Shown one piece after another: positions 38,712-48,070 of a stretch of DNA of 64,000 nt. The stretch is taken from the NCBI GenBank assembly GCA_022705325.1, contig JAKJER010000003.1, positions 181,419-245,418 of the forward strand, given 5' to 3'. The number at the start of each line of letters is the position of its first letter. Within the stretch, counting starts at the first letter, position 1. The notes under the pieces are model-generated. The model made no database searches, was not told the origin of the DNA, and saw only the letters and a list, made by a program, of their open reading frames with translations. The position numbers were made by a program, and so were the translations under genes. Source of the DNA: Planctomycetota bacterium. Its GTDB lineage: Bacteria > Planctomycetota > Phycisphaerae > SM23-33.

Positions 38712-40163
38712 CTACTCGTTCTGCCGCACCGGCCTCACCCCGAGATCTTCTCCGAACTGCTGCATCAAGGCGACCGTCTCTTCCGCGCTGAGCCTTCCGT
38801 CGCCGTCGGTGTCGGCCTTGGCAATGCGGTCGCTCCAACTGGCTCGCATCCCTTCGACGACTTTCTCCCGCTCGGCCTGGTCGAGCCGCCCGTCCCGGTT
38901 CTGGTCGTATTTCAAGCCGAACTCGTCCATGTAGCGGATCAAGCCGGACGTGACCCTGGTCTGAAACTCCTTTCGCTCTTCCGGCGAAATCTTCCCGTCG
39001 CCGTCGTTGTCCATGTATCGCGGAGCCTGGCCCAGCAGTTTCAGGCCTGCCTCGCGCATCTGTTCGCCGGCCTGGCGGCGTTCCTCTTCGCTGATCTTTC
39101 CGTCGCCGTCGCGATCCATCATCCGGTCGCGAAGCTGCTGGCCGACGTTCATGATCTTCTTCCCGTACTCCTCGGCCTCGGCCAGTTCCTTCTCGTCCAG
39201 CCGCCCGTCGCCGTCGCCGTCGAAATCGCGCAGGCCCCACTGGAGGGCCGCAGCTTCCATGTTCGTGCGGGCCTGCTCGGCGAGGGCCTCGCGTTCGGAC
39301 CCGACGATCCTGCCGTCACCGTCGGCATCGAACTTGCGGATGGTCTCCTCACGCCGGCGCTCCCGGGTCCGGTCGACTCGGGCCTGGCGCTCGGCGTCGC
39401 TCTCGCCGGGGCGGCGAGCGAACATGCCGCCTCCGCCTCGCCCCTCGCCCGACTCGCCGCCGCGCCCCTCTCGGCCCGCCGGCGCGTCCGGCGGGGGCTT
39501 GATGTCGTCGTAGCGGGTGATGGGTTCGCTCGGACCGAACGGCGCGGCCTCGGCGCGATGTTCCTGCTCGCGACGGGCCCGATACTCTTCGAGGGCGGCG
39601 CGGCGCTCGGTCTCATTCAGCTTGCCATCGCCGTCCTTGTCGTGACGCTTGATCATCTCGGCGCGGCGCTGTTCCCAATTGTCGGACCCCGGACCGGCAT
39701 CGCGGCCGCTCGGGCCCGCAGCCAGACGCCTCTCCAGGCCCGGCACCTTGCCGGCGGCCAGGCTCTTGTTGGCCGCCTCGCGCTCCGCCCCGGTCAGACG
39801 CCCGTCCTTGTTCTCGTCGAACGCGTCGAGGACCAGGCGGCGGACCTCCCGGCGATAGGCGTCCACCTCGAACCAGTCCAGGGTCTTGTTGTTGTTCTTG
39901 TCGAACTGGATCATCCGCTCCCATTTGTCGAAAACGGCCGCCAGGCCCGCCCTACCCCGCGAGGCGGCGAACTCCTCCGCCGTCAGTTCGTTGTCCACCC
40001 CCGCGGCGGTAAAGAACAGGTTTCGTTGAGCGGTCGGGTCGTAGGGGTCCACCCGCCCGGCGCAGTGATCCACGGCGGCTGGCGCAGACGACTCCTGCGC
40101 CTGGCCCCGCAGCGCGCCAGCCGCAACGATCAGCAGCACAACCACGAGTTGCGTCCTTTTCAT
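38712..40163 (-). CDS. Secreted multi-EF-hand calcium-binding repeat protein
   Basis: Signal peptide MKRTQLVVVLLIVAAGALRGQAQE. Eight or more canonical EF loops of the DxDGDGK(I/L)SxEE type (HDKDGDGKLNETE, FDADGDGRIVGSE, MDRDGDGKISEEE, MDNDGDGKISPEE, ADTDGDGRLSAEE ...). Highly charged. Confidence 0.7.
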   Translation of the reverse strand: MKRTQLVVVLLIVAAGALRGQAQESSAPAAVDHCAGRVDPYDPTAQRNLFFTAAGVDNELTAEEFAASRGRAGLAAVFDKWERMIQFDKNNNKTLDWFEVDAYRREVRRLVLDAFDENKDGRLTGAEREAANKSLAAGKVPGLERRLAAGPSGRDAGPGSDNWEQRRAEMIKRHDKDGDGKLNETERRAALEEYRARREQEHRAEAAPFGPSEPITRYDDIKPPPDAPAGREGRGGESGEGRGGGGMFARRPGESDAERQARVDRTRERRREETIRKFDADGDGRIVGSEREALAEQARTNMEAAALQWGLRDFDGDGDGRLDEKELAEAEEYGKKIMNVGQQLRDRMMDRDGDGKISEEERRQAGEQMREAGLKLLGQAPRYMDNDGDGKISPEERKEFQTRVTSGLIRYMDEFGLKYDQNRDGRLDQAEREKVVEGMRASWSDRIAKADTDGDGRLSAEETVALMQQFGEDLGVRPVRQNE

Positions 40164-40507
40164 GTCTGCACTCCTCTGGCCCGGCCAATACGGTCCACCT
40201 CGTCTCCTGTAACCGCTGGGGCCTGCTCAAGAGTATACACGTCTGAAAGGGCGCCGGTTACATGTGATTTCCCGGGCCCTGCACCGGCAATGGGCTCACG
40301 CGTCTGTTCCGTCTCGACCGATTAGGATATTGCTGTCTGACCGCGCCGCGAAAAGGGGCCTCTCCGCGGTTGGCGGCAACAATATAGTTGTAGAGGCGGC
40401 GTTAAGCCGTGCAGCGGCCGGTGAGGGTAAACCGGAGGGCGCGTGGGCTGCGGATCTGTGACCGGAGACGTGCAAGTTCAGCCAATATAGCGACTTGCAG
40501 GATAGAC

Positions 40508-42184
40508 ATGAGTATTGCCGAAGAACTGTTGGATCGCGGAATGATCACGGCGGAGCAGTTCGCCGAGGCCATGACTCTACACAAGAGCGAGGGGCTTCGT
40601 GTGGACCGGGCCCTGGTGAAGCTTGGCTGCCTGAGCGAGGATGCCCTGCTTCGGATCATGAGCGAGCAGTTGTCCATCCCCATGGTCGACCTGAGCAAGG
40701 TGAGCGTCGACGTGGAGATTCTCAAGAACCTCCCGGCCAAGCTGGTCTACCGCAAGCGCCTTGTGCCGGTCAGCCAGCACAACGGCTCGCTCACCGTCGC
40801 CACCAGCGACCCCTTCGACCTCTACGCTTTCGACGAGCTTCGCCTTCTGACGGGACTTGAGATCCGCCCCGTGCTGGCCAGTGAGGATGACATCAGCAAG
40901 ATCATCAAGGCCAACTACGGCGTCGGCGGCGACACCATCGACGAGATGATGATGTCCACCGACGACCTGGAAGTCATCAAGGACAGCAACGGGGACACCG
41001 AGGACCTCCTGGAGATGGCCCAGGAGGCCAGCGTCATCAAGCTGGTCAACGAGATCTTCCTGGAGGCCCTCAACGAGCGGGCCAGCGACATCCACATCGA
41101 GCCCTACGAGAAGGACCTCAAGATTCGCTACCGCATCGACGGCGTCCTCCATGATGCCTCGGTCCCCCCCCAGATCCGGCGATTCCAGGCCGCCATCATC
41201 AGCCGCATCAAGATCATGGCCTCCCTTAACATCGCCGAGAAACGCCTCCCCCAGGACGGGCGCATCAAGCTTCAGGCCGGCGGTCGCCAGATCGATATCC
41301 GCGTCAGCGTCATCCCGATGCTCTTCGGCGAGGGGATCGTGATGCGCTTGCTGGACAAGGCCAACGTCCTGTTCACCCTGCCGCAACTGGGCATGGACGA
41401 GACCACATTCGGCACGTTCAAGGAACTGATCGACCGCCCGCACGGTATCATCCTGGTCACCGGCCCGACCGGCAGCGGCAAGACCACCACCCTGTACGCC
41501 GCCCTCCAGGCGATCGTCAGCCCCGAGATCAAGGTTCTCACCGTCGAAGACCCCGTCGAGTACAACCTCGAGGGCGTCAATCAGATTCAGGTCCACCCGA
41601 AGATCAACATGACCTTCGCCGCCGGGCTGCGGGCCATCCTCCGCCACGACCCCGACGTGGTCATGATCGGCGAAATCCGCGATTCCGAAACCGCCGAGGC
41701 CGCCATCCAGGCCTCCCTTACCGGGCACCTGGTGTTATCCACCTTGCACACCAACGACGCCTGCTCGGCCGCCACCCGCCTGCTGGACATGGGCATCGAG
41801 CCGTTCCTGGTCTCCAGCACGCTGATGGCCGCCATGGCCCAGCGACTGGTGAGGACCATTTGCTCCGAGTGCAAGGAAGCCTACAAAGCCGACCGCGAGA
41901 ACCTGCCCGCCGACTTCACGCCTCCCGACGACCTCAAGCTCTACCGCGGGGCCGGCTGCCGAAAATGTCGCGGCACCGGCTATCACGGACGAACGGGGGT
42001 CTACGAAATGATGCTGGTCAACGAGCCGATCCGCCAGCTCATCATGGCGCGCCGCACCGCCGGCGAGATCGTCCGGGAAGCCAGGAAGATCGGGCTGCGA
42101 TTGCTGCGGGAGGACGGCTGGGACAAGGTTCGCCATGGGATTACCACCCCGGAAGAGGTTACGCGAAACACCAGCTTCGCGTAG
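40508..42184 (+). CDS. gspE: Type II secretion / type IV pilus assembly ATPase GspE/PilB family
   Basis: N1 domain; Walker A GPTGSGKTTT, Asp box, Walker B VVMIGEIRD and His box. C-terminal tetracysteine CSECK...CRKCRGTGY typical of GspE. ATG at 40508. Confidence 0.9.
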   Translation: MSIAEELLDRGMITAEQFAEAMTLHKSEGLRVDRALVKLGCLSEDALLRIMSEQLSIPMVDLSKVSVDVEILKNLPAKLVYRKRLVPVSQHNGSLTVATSDPFDLYAFDELRLLTGLEIRPVLASEDDISKIIKANYGVGGDTIDEMMMSTDDLEVIKDSNGDTEDLLEMAQEASVIKLVNEIFLEALNERASDIHIEPYEKDLKIRYRIDGVLHDASVPPQIRRFQAAIISRIKIMASLNIAEKRLPQDGRIKLQAGGRQIDIRVSVIPMLFGEGIVMRLLDKANVLFTLPQLGMDETTFGTFKELIDRPHGIILVTGPTGSGKTTTLYAALQAIVSPEIKVLTVEDPVEYNLEGVNQIQVHPKINMTFAAGLRAILRHDPDVVMIGEIRDSETAEAAIQASLTGHLVLSTLHTNDACSAATRLLDMGIEPFLVSSTLMAAMAQRLVRTICSECKEAYKADRENLPADFTPPDDLKLYRGAGCRKCRGTGYHGRTGVYEMMLVNEPIRQLIMARRTAGEIVREARKIGLRLLREDGWDKVRHGITTPEEVTRNTSFA

Positions 42185-42402
42185 CAGAGCGCCGGCGGTC
42201 TTGCGTTGGTAACTGGAAGTTGGCAGCCTGGAGCGGTAGACAACCTCCGCGAACCTGCCTTGCGGGCCAAGCAGCCTGTGGGGCGTGAGGGACGGTTGGA
42301 TCGCTCGCATGGATTGGTTGACCCGCCTCTTGCCTTCGGCGGGCCCGAGGCCGCGAGGGGCCAAGAGACCGACGGACAGCGATCGACAGTCGAAGACCGA
42401 AC

Positions 42403-43605
42403 ATGAGTCGCTTCTACGAGTATGTCGCCCGGAACACGGCCGGGGAAGAAGTCGCCGGCACGATGCAGGCCGACAGCGAGGCGGCCGTTGCCCGCACGCT
42501 CAACGAGCGTCAACTCTTTCCGGTCCGCGTAAGCGAGCAGGCTGACGCCGGCCAGTCCACCCGGCGCCGCAGGGGCAAGATCGCTCTGCGCCATGTCGGG
42601 GCGTTCTATGGGCAACTCAGCGACCTGCTCCAGGCCGGCGTGCCCATGATGCGGGCCCTGGACACCCTAGTCCGCTCATCGGTCAACCCCGTGTTCACGC
42701 CGATCATGCAGAAGGTTCGCGATGAGGTGTCGGCGGGCAAGACGCTGGCCGACGCGATGGCGGAGCATCCCGAGGCCTTCACCTCGCTCCATACCGCCAT
42801 GATCCGCGCCGGCGAGGCTGCGGGTTTCCTGGAAGACGTGCTGGCCAACCTGGCCCAGTTCATCGAGCGCGTGGACGACCTCCGCAGCCGTGTCCGCGGG
42901 GCCATGATCTACCCCATGATGCTCACGATTTTCGGGCTGGCGGCCATGGTGTTCATCCTCATTGTCCTGGTACCCCAGTTCAAGCCGGTCTTTAAGAACA
43001 TGCCCCTGCCTCTGCCCACTCTGGCGCTGTTTGGCCTGAGCGACCTGCTGGTCCAGTACTGGCATGTGGCGGGCGCCATGGCGCTACTGGGCCTGCTGGG
43101 GCTGCAGTTCGCACTCTCCAGTTCCTGGGGCAAGCAAAAGTGGGAGCGATGGCGCCTCAAGCTGCCCCTGCTGGGCCGCGTGACCACCATGGTCAGCATC
43201 ACCCGGTTCTGCCGCATCCTGGGCACCATGCTGGCCAACGGTGTGCCCATCATCCAGGCCCTGAACATCTCCAAGGACGCCACCGGCTGCACGGTCCTGG
43301 CCGGCCATATCGAAAAGGCCACCGACAACGTCCGCGCGGGCGAACCCCTGGCCCATCCGCTCAAAGAGAGCGGACTCTTCCCAGCCGAGATCATCGAGAT
43401 GATCGCCGTCGCCGAGGAGTCCAACCAACTCGACAAGGTTCTTGTCCAGATCGCCGATACCGTTGAACGCAGGACCAACCGCCAGGTAGACGTGGCCGTC
43501 CGCCTGGTCGAACCGCTCATCCTGGCCCTGATCGCAGGGGCCATCGGGTTCATGGCCGTCGGGCTTTATTACCCGATCTTCAACATGGCCAAGACGTTGC
43601 GCTAG
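42403..43605 (+). CDS. gspF: Type II secretion system inner-membrane platform protein GspF/PilC family
   Basis: Two GspF repeats, each with a cytoplasmic domain plus TM helices. 400 aa, and the typical ...IYPIFNM C-terminus. Confidence 0.9.
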   Translation: MSRFYEYVARNTAGEEVAGTMQADSEAAVARTLNERQLFPVRVSEQADAGQSTRRRRGKIALRHVGAFYGQLSDLLQAGVPMMRALDTLVRSSVNPVFTPIMQKVRDEVSAGKTLADAMAEHPEAFTSLHTAMIRAGEAAGFLEDVLANLAQFIERVDDLRSRVRGAMIYPMMLTIFGLAAMVFILIVLVPQFKPVFKNMPLPLPTLALFGLSDLLVQYWHVAGAMALLGLLGLQFALSSSWGKQKWERWRLKLPLLGRVTTMVSITRFCRILGTMLANGVPIIQALNISKDATGCTVLAGHIEKATDNVRAGEPLAHPLKESGLFPAEIIEMIAVAEESNQLDKVLVQIADTVERRTNRQVDVAVRLVEPLILALIAGAIGFMAVGLYYPIFNMAKTLR

Positions 43606-43741
43606 CCGCCCAGGGGCGAGAGAGGGTTTCGATGGAATTTCACGCCGACGCGCCAAGCAATTCGCCGCAGCAGCGTTAACCATATAACAGAAGTTGGGCG
43701 GCACCGAGGCCGCCGGACGCGAGACAGGAGAAAGGAACACA

Positions 43742-44209
43742 ATGATTGCGTCGCGAACAACTGGAAGAGGCTTTACGCTGGTCGAGGTGCTGCTGGTCAT
43801 CGTGATCATTGCCATGCTGGCTGGCGTGGCGATCGTGGCCTTCCCGGGCATTCTCAGCGGGGCCAAGGAAGATACCACGCGCCAGAAGCTCAAGGCCGTC
43901 GCCAACGTCCTGGACACGTACAACCTCCACATGGGGCACTACCCCACCGAAGAAGAGGGCGGTCTCAAGGCGCTGACGGTCAAGCCCGAGGTGGATGAGA
44001 AAGCCGCCGAGAAGTGGCGGGGGCCTTATCTTACCGAAGACCCCGTGGACGCCTGGGGCAATGAGTTCGTCTACATGCCCACGGCCCCCGAGACCTCCGG
44101 AGAGAAGACCGGCCCGGCCTACACCCTTTTCTCCAAGGGCCCCGACGGGCAGGAAAACACCGAGGATGATGTGTCGGCCCAACCCAAGAGCGAAGACTAC
44201 GAGAAGTAG
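43742..44209 (+). CDS. gspG: Type II secretion major pseudopilin GspG
   Basis: MIASRTTGRGFTLVEVLLVIVIIAMLAG prepilin leader and N-methylation motif. The WRGPYL...DAWGNEFVY core is typical of GspG. ATG at 43742 with an AAAGGA RBS. Confidence 0.85.
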   Translation: MIASRTTGRGFTLVEVLLVIVIIAMLAGVAIVAFPGILSGAKEDTTRQKLKAVANVLDTYNLHMGHYPTEEEGGLKALTVKPEVDEKAAEKWRGPYLTEDPVDAWGNEFVYMPTAPETSGEKTGPAYTLFSKGPDGQENTEDDVSAQPKSEDYEK

Positions 44210-45029
44210 CCTCGCAACGGCTGGCAATAGACAGGAGCGGCGCCGGACGCGTCTGCAGGCTTCGGCGCCGTCTCTTTGCGCTGCGCACCGGGGCCGAGGC
44301 GGCTTCACGCTCATAGAGACCTTCGTCACCCTTGTCCTGCTGAGCCTGCTGGGCGGACTGGTTATCGTCAACTTCCATTCCTGGCGGCGGGGCTACAACC
44401 TGGAGGAAGGCGCCCTCCAGGTGGAGACGCTTCTGCGCCTGACGCGAGCCGAGGCTGCACGCGTGGGCCTTCGCTTCCGCCTGCAGGCCGACGAGGAGAC
44501 CGGCACACTCCAGGTCCTCTACGAGCCCAAGCCTCTGGAAGAACCCGGGACCTTCGTCCCCTATCGCGACGCTTCGTGGGTCACCTACACCCCCGAGGCG
44601 ATGGTCCTCGTCAAACGTATCCGCCTGAGCGGCCCGGCGGCCTTCCGCACCATGAGTATTCAGCAGATCGAGGGCGGCGAGCAGAGCGAGTTCGAGCCGA
44701 TCACGCTCTACCCCGACGGCTCGTGTGACTCGGCCCTGATTGAGTTGGCCGACACGGAAGAACTCGAAGACGATCCGACACAAGCCCATCGCGCCTTGCT
44801 GATCCTGGACGGCGTGCACTGCGTGATCAATCCGCATTACATCACGCCGTCCCAATACGAAGAGTACAAGACGACCCCGTTCAACCCGGAGAATCCCAAG
44901 GCGGTCATCCCCCCGCCCCCAGAGGAAGAGGGCGAGGACCCGTACGCCCCGCCGCCGGAACCGCCCCCGCCGGGCAAGATCATCAACAAACCCTCCGGCA
45001 ACGGAAAGAACCCCAGCCTCATGGGGTAG
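44166..45029 (+). CDS. Minor pseudopilin (GspH-like) with a C-terminal Pro-rich extension. The start is uncertain. The nearest in-frame ATGs (44166/44169) overlap gspG. A CTG at about 44253, preceded by AGGAG, would give a canonical short leader.
   Basis: RGRGGFTLIETFVTLVLLSLLGGLVIV prepilin motif plus a pseudopilin-like beta domain. The frame is continuous from 43995. Confidence 0.6.
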   Translation: MMCRPNPRAKTTRSSLATAGNRQERRRTRLQASAPSLCAAHRGRGGFTLIETFVTLVLLSLLGGLVIVNFHSWRRGYNLEEGALQVETLLRLTRAEAARVGLRFRLQADEETGTLQVLYEPKPLEEPGTFVPYRDASWVTYTPEAMVLVKRIRLSGPAAFRTMSIQQIEGGEQSEFEPITLYPDGSCDSALIELADTEELEDDPTQAHRALLILDGVHCVINPHYITPSQYEEYKTTPFNPENPKAVIPPPPEEEGEDPYAPPPEPPPPGKIINKPSGNGKNPSLMG

Positions 45030-45101
45030 TCGCAGGCATGCCGCACTCCCTGGACCGCAGACCCATGCAGCAACCGGCAAGAAAGGAATCGCACAAGTCC
45101 G

Positions 45102-45593
45102 ATGGCTCCCCTGGCTGACAGCTTCGGTGCCTGGTCGGCGAGTCGGCGCGGCGGCATCCTGTTGGAGGTCGTCCTGGCGATGGTGCTGTTCTTCTCGGCC
45201 GGGGCGGTCATTCTGGCCGGGCTGGGCAGCGCCGTGCGCGGCATGGAGCAGCTTCGCCTGGACGCCCAGGCGGCCGACCTGGCTGTCACGCTGCTTTCGC
45301 GCCTGCAGATCGGCGACCTGGAACTGACCGACGCCGGGCCCACCGAGTTCGAACCCATTGAGGGCCCCGAGCAGGAACTGGAAGGCTGGACGTGGCAGGT
45401 GATCACCACCGAGATGCAGGACACCATCGATGCCGGCGGGCCCACGGGCAAACTCGTCCAGGTGATCGTGAAGAACGAACAGAAAGGATACTCCTACCGC
45501 CTTTCGCAGTGGTTGGCCACCGATGAGTCGGGCCAGGTGGTGACCGCCGCGACCCAACCCGCCGCCAGCGCCAGCGAGGAGGACCTGCCATGA
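45102..45593 (+). CDS. Minor pseudopilin (GspI-like) with a degenerate prepilin motif RRGGILLEVVLAMVLFF
   Basis: Hydrophobic N-terminal helix after a Gly, small size (163 aa), and a position between H-like and J-like genes. Moderate call. Confidence 0.55.
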   Translation: MAPLADSFGAWSASRRGGILLEVVLAMVLFFSAGAVILAGLGSAVRGMEQLRLDAQAADLAVTLLSRLQIGDLELTDAGPTEFEPIEGPEQELEGWTWQVITTEMQDTIDAGGPTGKLVQVIVKNEQKGYSYRLSQWLATDESGQVVTAATQPAASASEEDLP

Positions 45594-46303
45594 AGCGGGG
45601 CGGCTTCACACTCTTCGAGGCCCTGTTGGCCATTGGATTGTCCATCGGCATCGTCGGCGGGACGATGGCCCTGTACCAGCAGGCCGTCATGATCCGCCAA
45701 CGCATCAGCGAGGACCTCGAGGTCCTGACGGCCGAGCGGATCATCATGGACCGCATGACGCAAGAGATGCGTGCCGCGATCGTCTACCCGTTCCTTGGCT
45801 TTGGCCTGGAAGGCCAGGCCGACAGCATCACGTTCATGACCGCGACCGTCCCGGGCCCGGCTGCCTGGGCGGTTCGATCAGGATCCGAAGACCCCGTCCC
45901 ACCGGAGACGGACCTGCAACTGGTGACGTATCGCATGCGAACGTACGAGGATGACTACGGCATGCTCCAGGTCGCGGGGATCGAGCGAAGCTGCCAGCGG
46001 ATCCTGTCCTCCCCCACCGCCCAGGAAGGGGCCGACGTGTCCACCGTCCTGCTGACCCCCTACATTCAGCACATGCAGTTCGCCTTCTTTGACGGATCAG
46101 GCTGGACCAACATCTGGCAGGACAAGGGGCTCCCCCTGGCCGTCGAGGTGACGATGGGTTTCCCGCCCCTGCCCGAAGAGGTCGAGGCCCAGGATTATCC
46201 CTACCCGGTCTTTCGGCGCATGATCTACCTGCCCGGCGCGACCACCTCGCTCCAGGGCCCGCTCATCCGCGGGCTGGGCGGACGGAGAGGAGGGGGACGA
46301 TGA
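45590..46303 (+). CDS. Minor pseudopilin (GspJ-like)
   Basis: MKRGGFTLFEALLAIGLSIGIVGG canonical prepilin N-terminus. Its start overlaps the upstream gene by ATGA. 237 aa. Confidence 0.65.
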   Translation: MKRGGFTLFEALLAIGLSIGIVGGTMALYQQAVMIRQRISEDLEVLTAERIIMDRMTQEMRAAIVYPFLGFGLEGQADSITFMTATVPGPAAWAVRSGSEDPVPPETDLQLVTYRMRTYEDDYGMLQVAGIERSCQRILSSPTAQEGADVSTVLLTPYIQHMQFAFFDGSGWTNIWQDKGLPLAVEVTMGFPPLPEEVEAQDYPYPVFRRMIYLPGATTSLQGPLIRGLGGRRGGGR

Positions 46304-46461
46304 TGATTGCTGATTACGGATCGCGGATTGCCGATTGCAGACGATTGACGATTGTCGATTGTCGATTCTCGACTCGTCCTCGGTGTCCCAGCGTCCAGTC
46401 GCGAGTTGGGAATCGAAGATCGCATACGGAGAATTCCGCAGTCCGTGATCCGCAGTCCGCA
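46300..46461. repeat. Intergenic short-repeat region: a run of cgattg(c/t/a) heptamer-like repeats (about 7 copies) followed by the 10-nt direct repeat ccgcagtccg x2, immediately before the gspK start
   Basis: Read directly: gattgctgattacggatcgcggattgccgattgcagacgattgacgattgtcgattgtcgattctcgac ... ccgcagtccgtgatccgcagtccgcaATG. Confidence 0.4.
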
Positions 46462-47865
46462 ATGGCGAAGGGCACGATCCTGGTGGCGGTGCTCGTCGTG
46501 ACGGCCCTGGCGTCGATGGTGGCGGTGACGGCAATGTACCGCATGCACAGCGAAAGCGCCGCTTGCGCCGCCAGCACCCTCAACGAGCAGGCGCACGCCG
46601 CGGCCATGAGCGGCATCGCCCGCGTGACCGCACTGCTGCGCGTCGTTCGCGAGAGCGGGATCGATCTGTACGACAACCCCGGCCTGCTTCGCACCCAACT
46701 CGTCTGCGACGACGGCATTAACAAGTGGTACTTCACCATCTACGCGGGGGTTGACGCCCCGGGCTTCGGCGGCTCGACATTCGACTCCGCCGGGGACGCC
46801 AAGGTCCGCTACGGCGTGATCGACGAGGCCGCCAAGATCAACATCAACTTCGCCACGCCCGAGTCGCTGCTGGCCCTGCCCGGCATGAACGAGGAACTGG
46901 CCGACTGCCTTGTCGACTTCCGCGACCGCGACAACGAACCCCTGCCTAACGGCGCCGAGCAGGAATACTACGACCAACTCCCCCGTCCTTACAAAGCCAA
47001 GAACGGGTTCTTCTTCACCCTGGAAGAGACGCTGCTGGTCAAGGGCTTCAACGGATCGATCCTGTACGGCGAAGACGCCAACCTCAACGGGATGCTCGAG
47101 CCGAACGAGGACGACGGGGACGCGACCTTCCCGGCCGACGACTCGGACGGGCAACTCAATCCCGGCCTGCGCGGGCTGGCCACCACGCTGACCTACGAAC
47201 CCGACGTCGACAACGAGGGCCAGGCCCGCACCAACCTCAATACGGCCGTCCGCTCCGTCGAGGGCCTCGACCCGCGCACAACGGCGTTCATCCAGGCGTA
47301 CCTGGCCGACAAGAACGTCTTCACGCATCCGAGTCAACTGCTGAACATGGAGTACCGTCTGAAAGCGGACCAGCCGACCAAGGCCGGCCAAACGGGCCGA
47401 AAGGCCGGCGAGGTCATCTACTCCTACGTAGACGCCTCGACGCTGCCGCTGGTGCTGGATCGCCTGACAACCAATCCTTCCAAGATGCCCCTTTTCGGGC
47501 TGCTCAACGTGAACAGCGCACCGGCGGGCGCGCTAGCCGCCGTGCCGGGCATGGACGCCGACCTGGCGCGGCGGATCGTGGACGCTCGGGCTTCCATCGC
47601 CCCCGAAGCCCGCGCCACGACGGCGTGGCTGTTCACCGAGGGACTGATGGATGCCGATCGCTTCAAGCAGGTCGCCCCCCGGCTGACCGCACGCACCTTC
47701 CAGTACCGCGTCCAATGCGTGGGCTTCGGCTGGCCTTGCGGGCGGTATCGGGTCATCGAGGCCGTGGTGGACCTGGCCGGCGGGACGCCGAGACTGCTGT
47801 ACATGCGCGACCTGACGCGCATGGGAGTCCCCCTGCCGCTGAACGTGGACTCGGGCGAAGGATGA
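46462..47865 (+). CDS. gspK: Type II secretion system protein GspK (minor pseudopilin-like with helix-hairpin-helix domains)
   Basis: N-terminal TM helix MAKGTILVAVLVVTALASMVAV. Two HhH motifs (ININFATPESLLALPGMNEELADCLVDFR and LLNVNSAPAGALAAVPGMDADLARRIVDAR). About 468 aa. Confidence 0.75.
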   Translation: MAKGTILVAVLVVTALASMVAVTAMYRMHSESAACAASTLNEQAHAAAMSGIARVTALLRVVRESGIDLYDNPGLLRTQLVCDDGINKWYFTIYAGVDAPGFGGSTFDSAGDAKVRYGVIDEAAKININFATPESLLALPGMNEELADCLVDFRDRDNEPLPNGAEQEYYDQLPRPYKAKNGFFFTLEETLLVKGFNGSILYGEDANLNGMLEPNEDDGDATFPADDSDGQLNPGLRGLATTLTYEPDVDNEGQARTNLNTAVRSVEGLDPRTTAFIQAYLADKNVFTHPSQLLNMEYRLKADQPTKAGQTGRKAGEVIYSYVDASTLPLVLDRLTTNPSKMPLFGLLNVNSAPAGALAAVPGMDADLARRIVDARASIAPEARATTAWLFTEGLMDADRFKQVAPRLTARTFQYRVQCVGFGWPCGRYRVIEAVVDLAGGTPRLLYMRDLTRMGVPLPLNVDSGEG

Positions 47866-48070
47866 TCGCGGATGCAGGAGACACAAGCGAAGAAAGGCCC
47901 GGCGCAGCAGGCGGCGGAGCGACGCAGTTCAGATGGCACATGGGAGCCCTTGCTGCTTTGCGGAACCGCCCCGAGGCGATTGTGTCTCTTTGAGGCCCTA
48001 AGACGTCGAATTTCCTTCCCGGTCCTGCGTTTAACTTGAACAGGATGCGCATGGACGCTGGAGATCGAGA

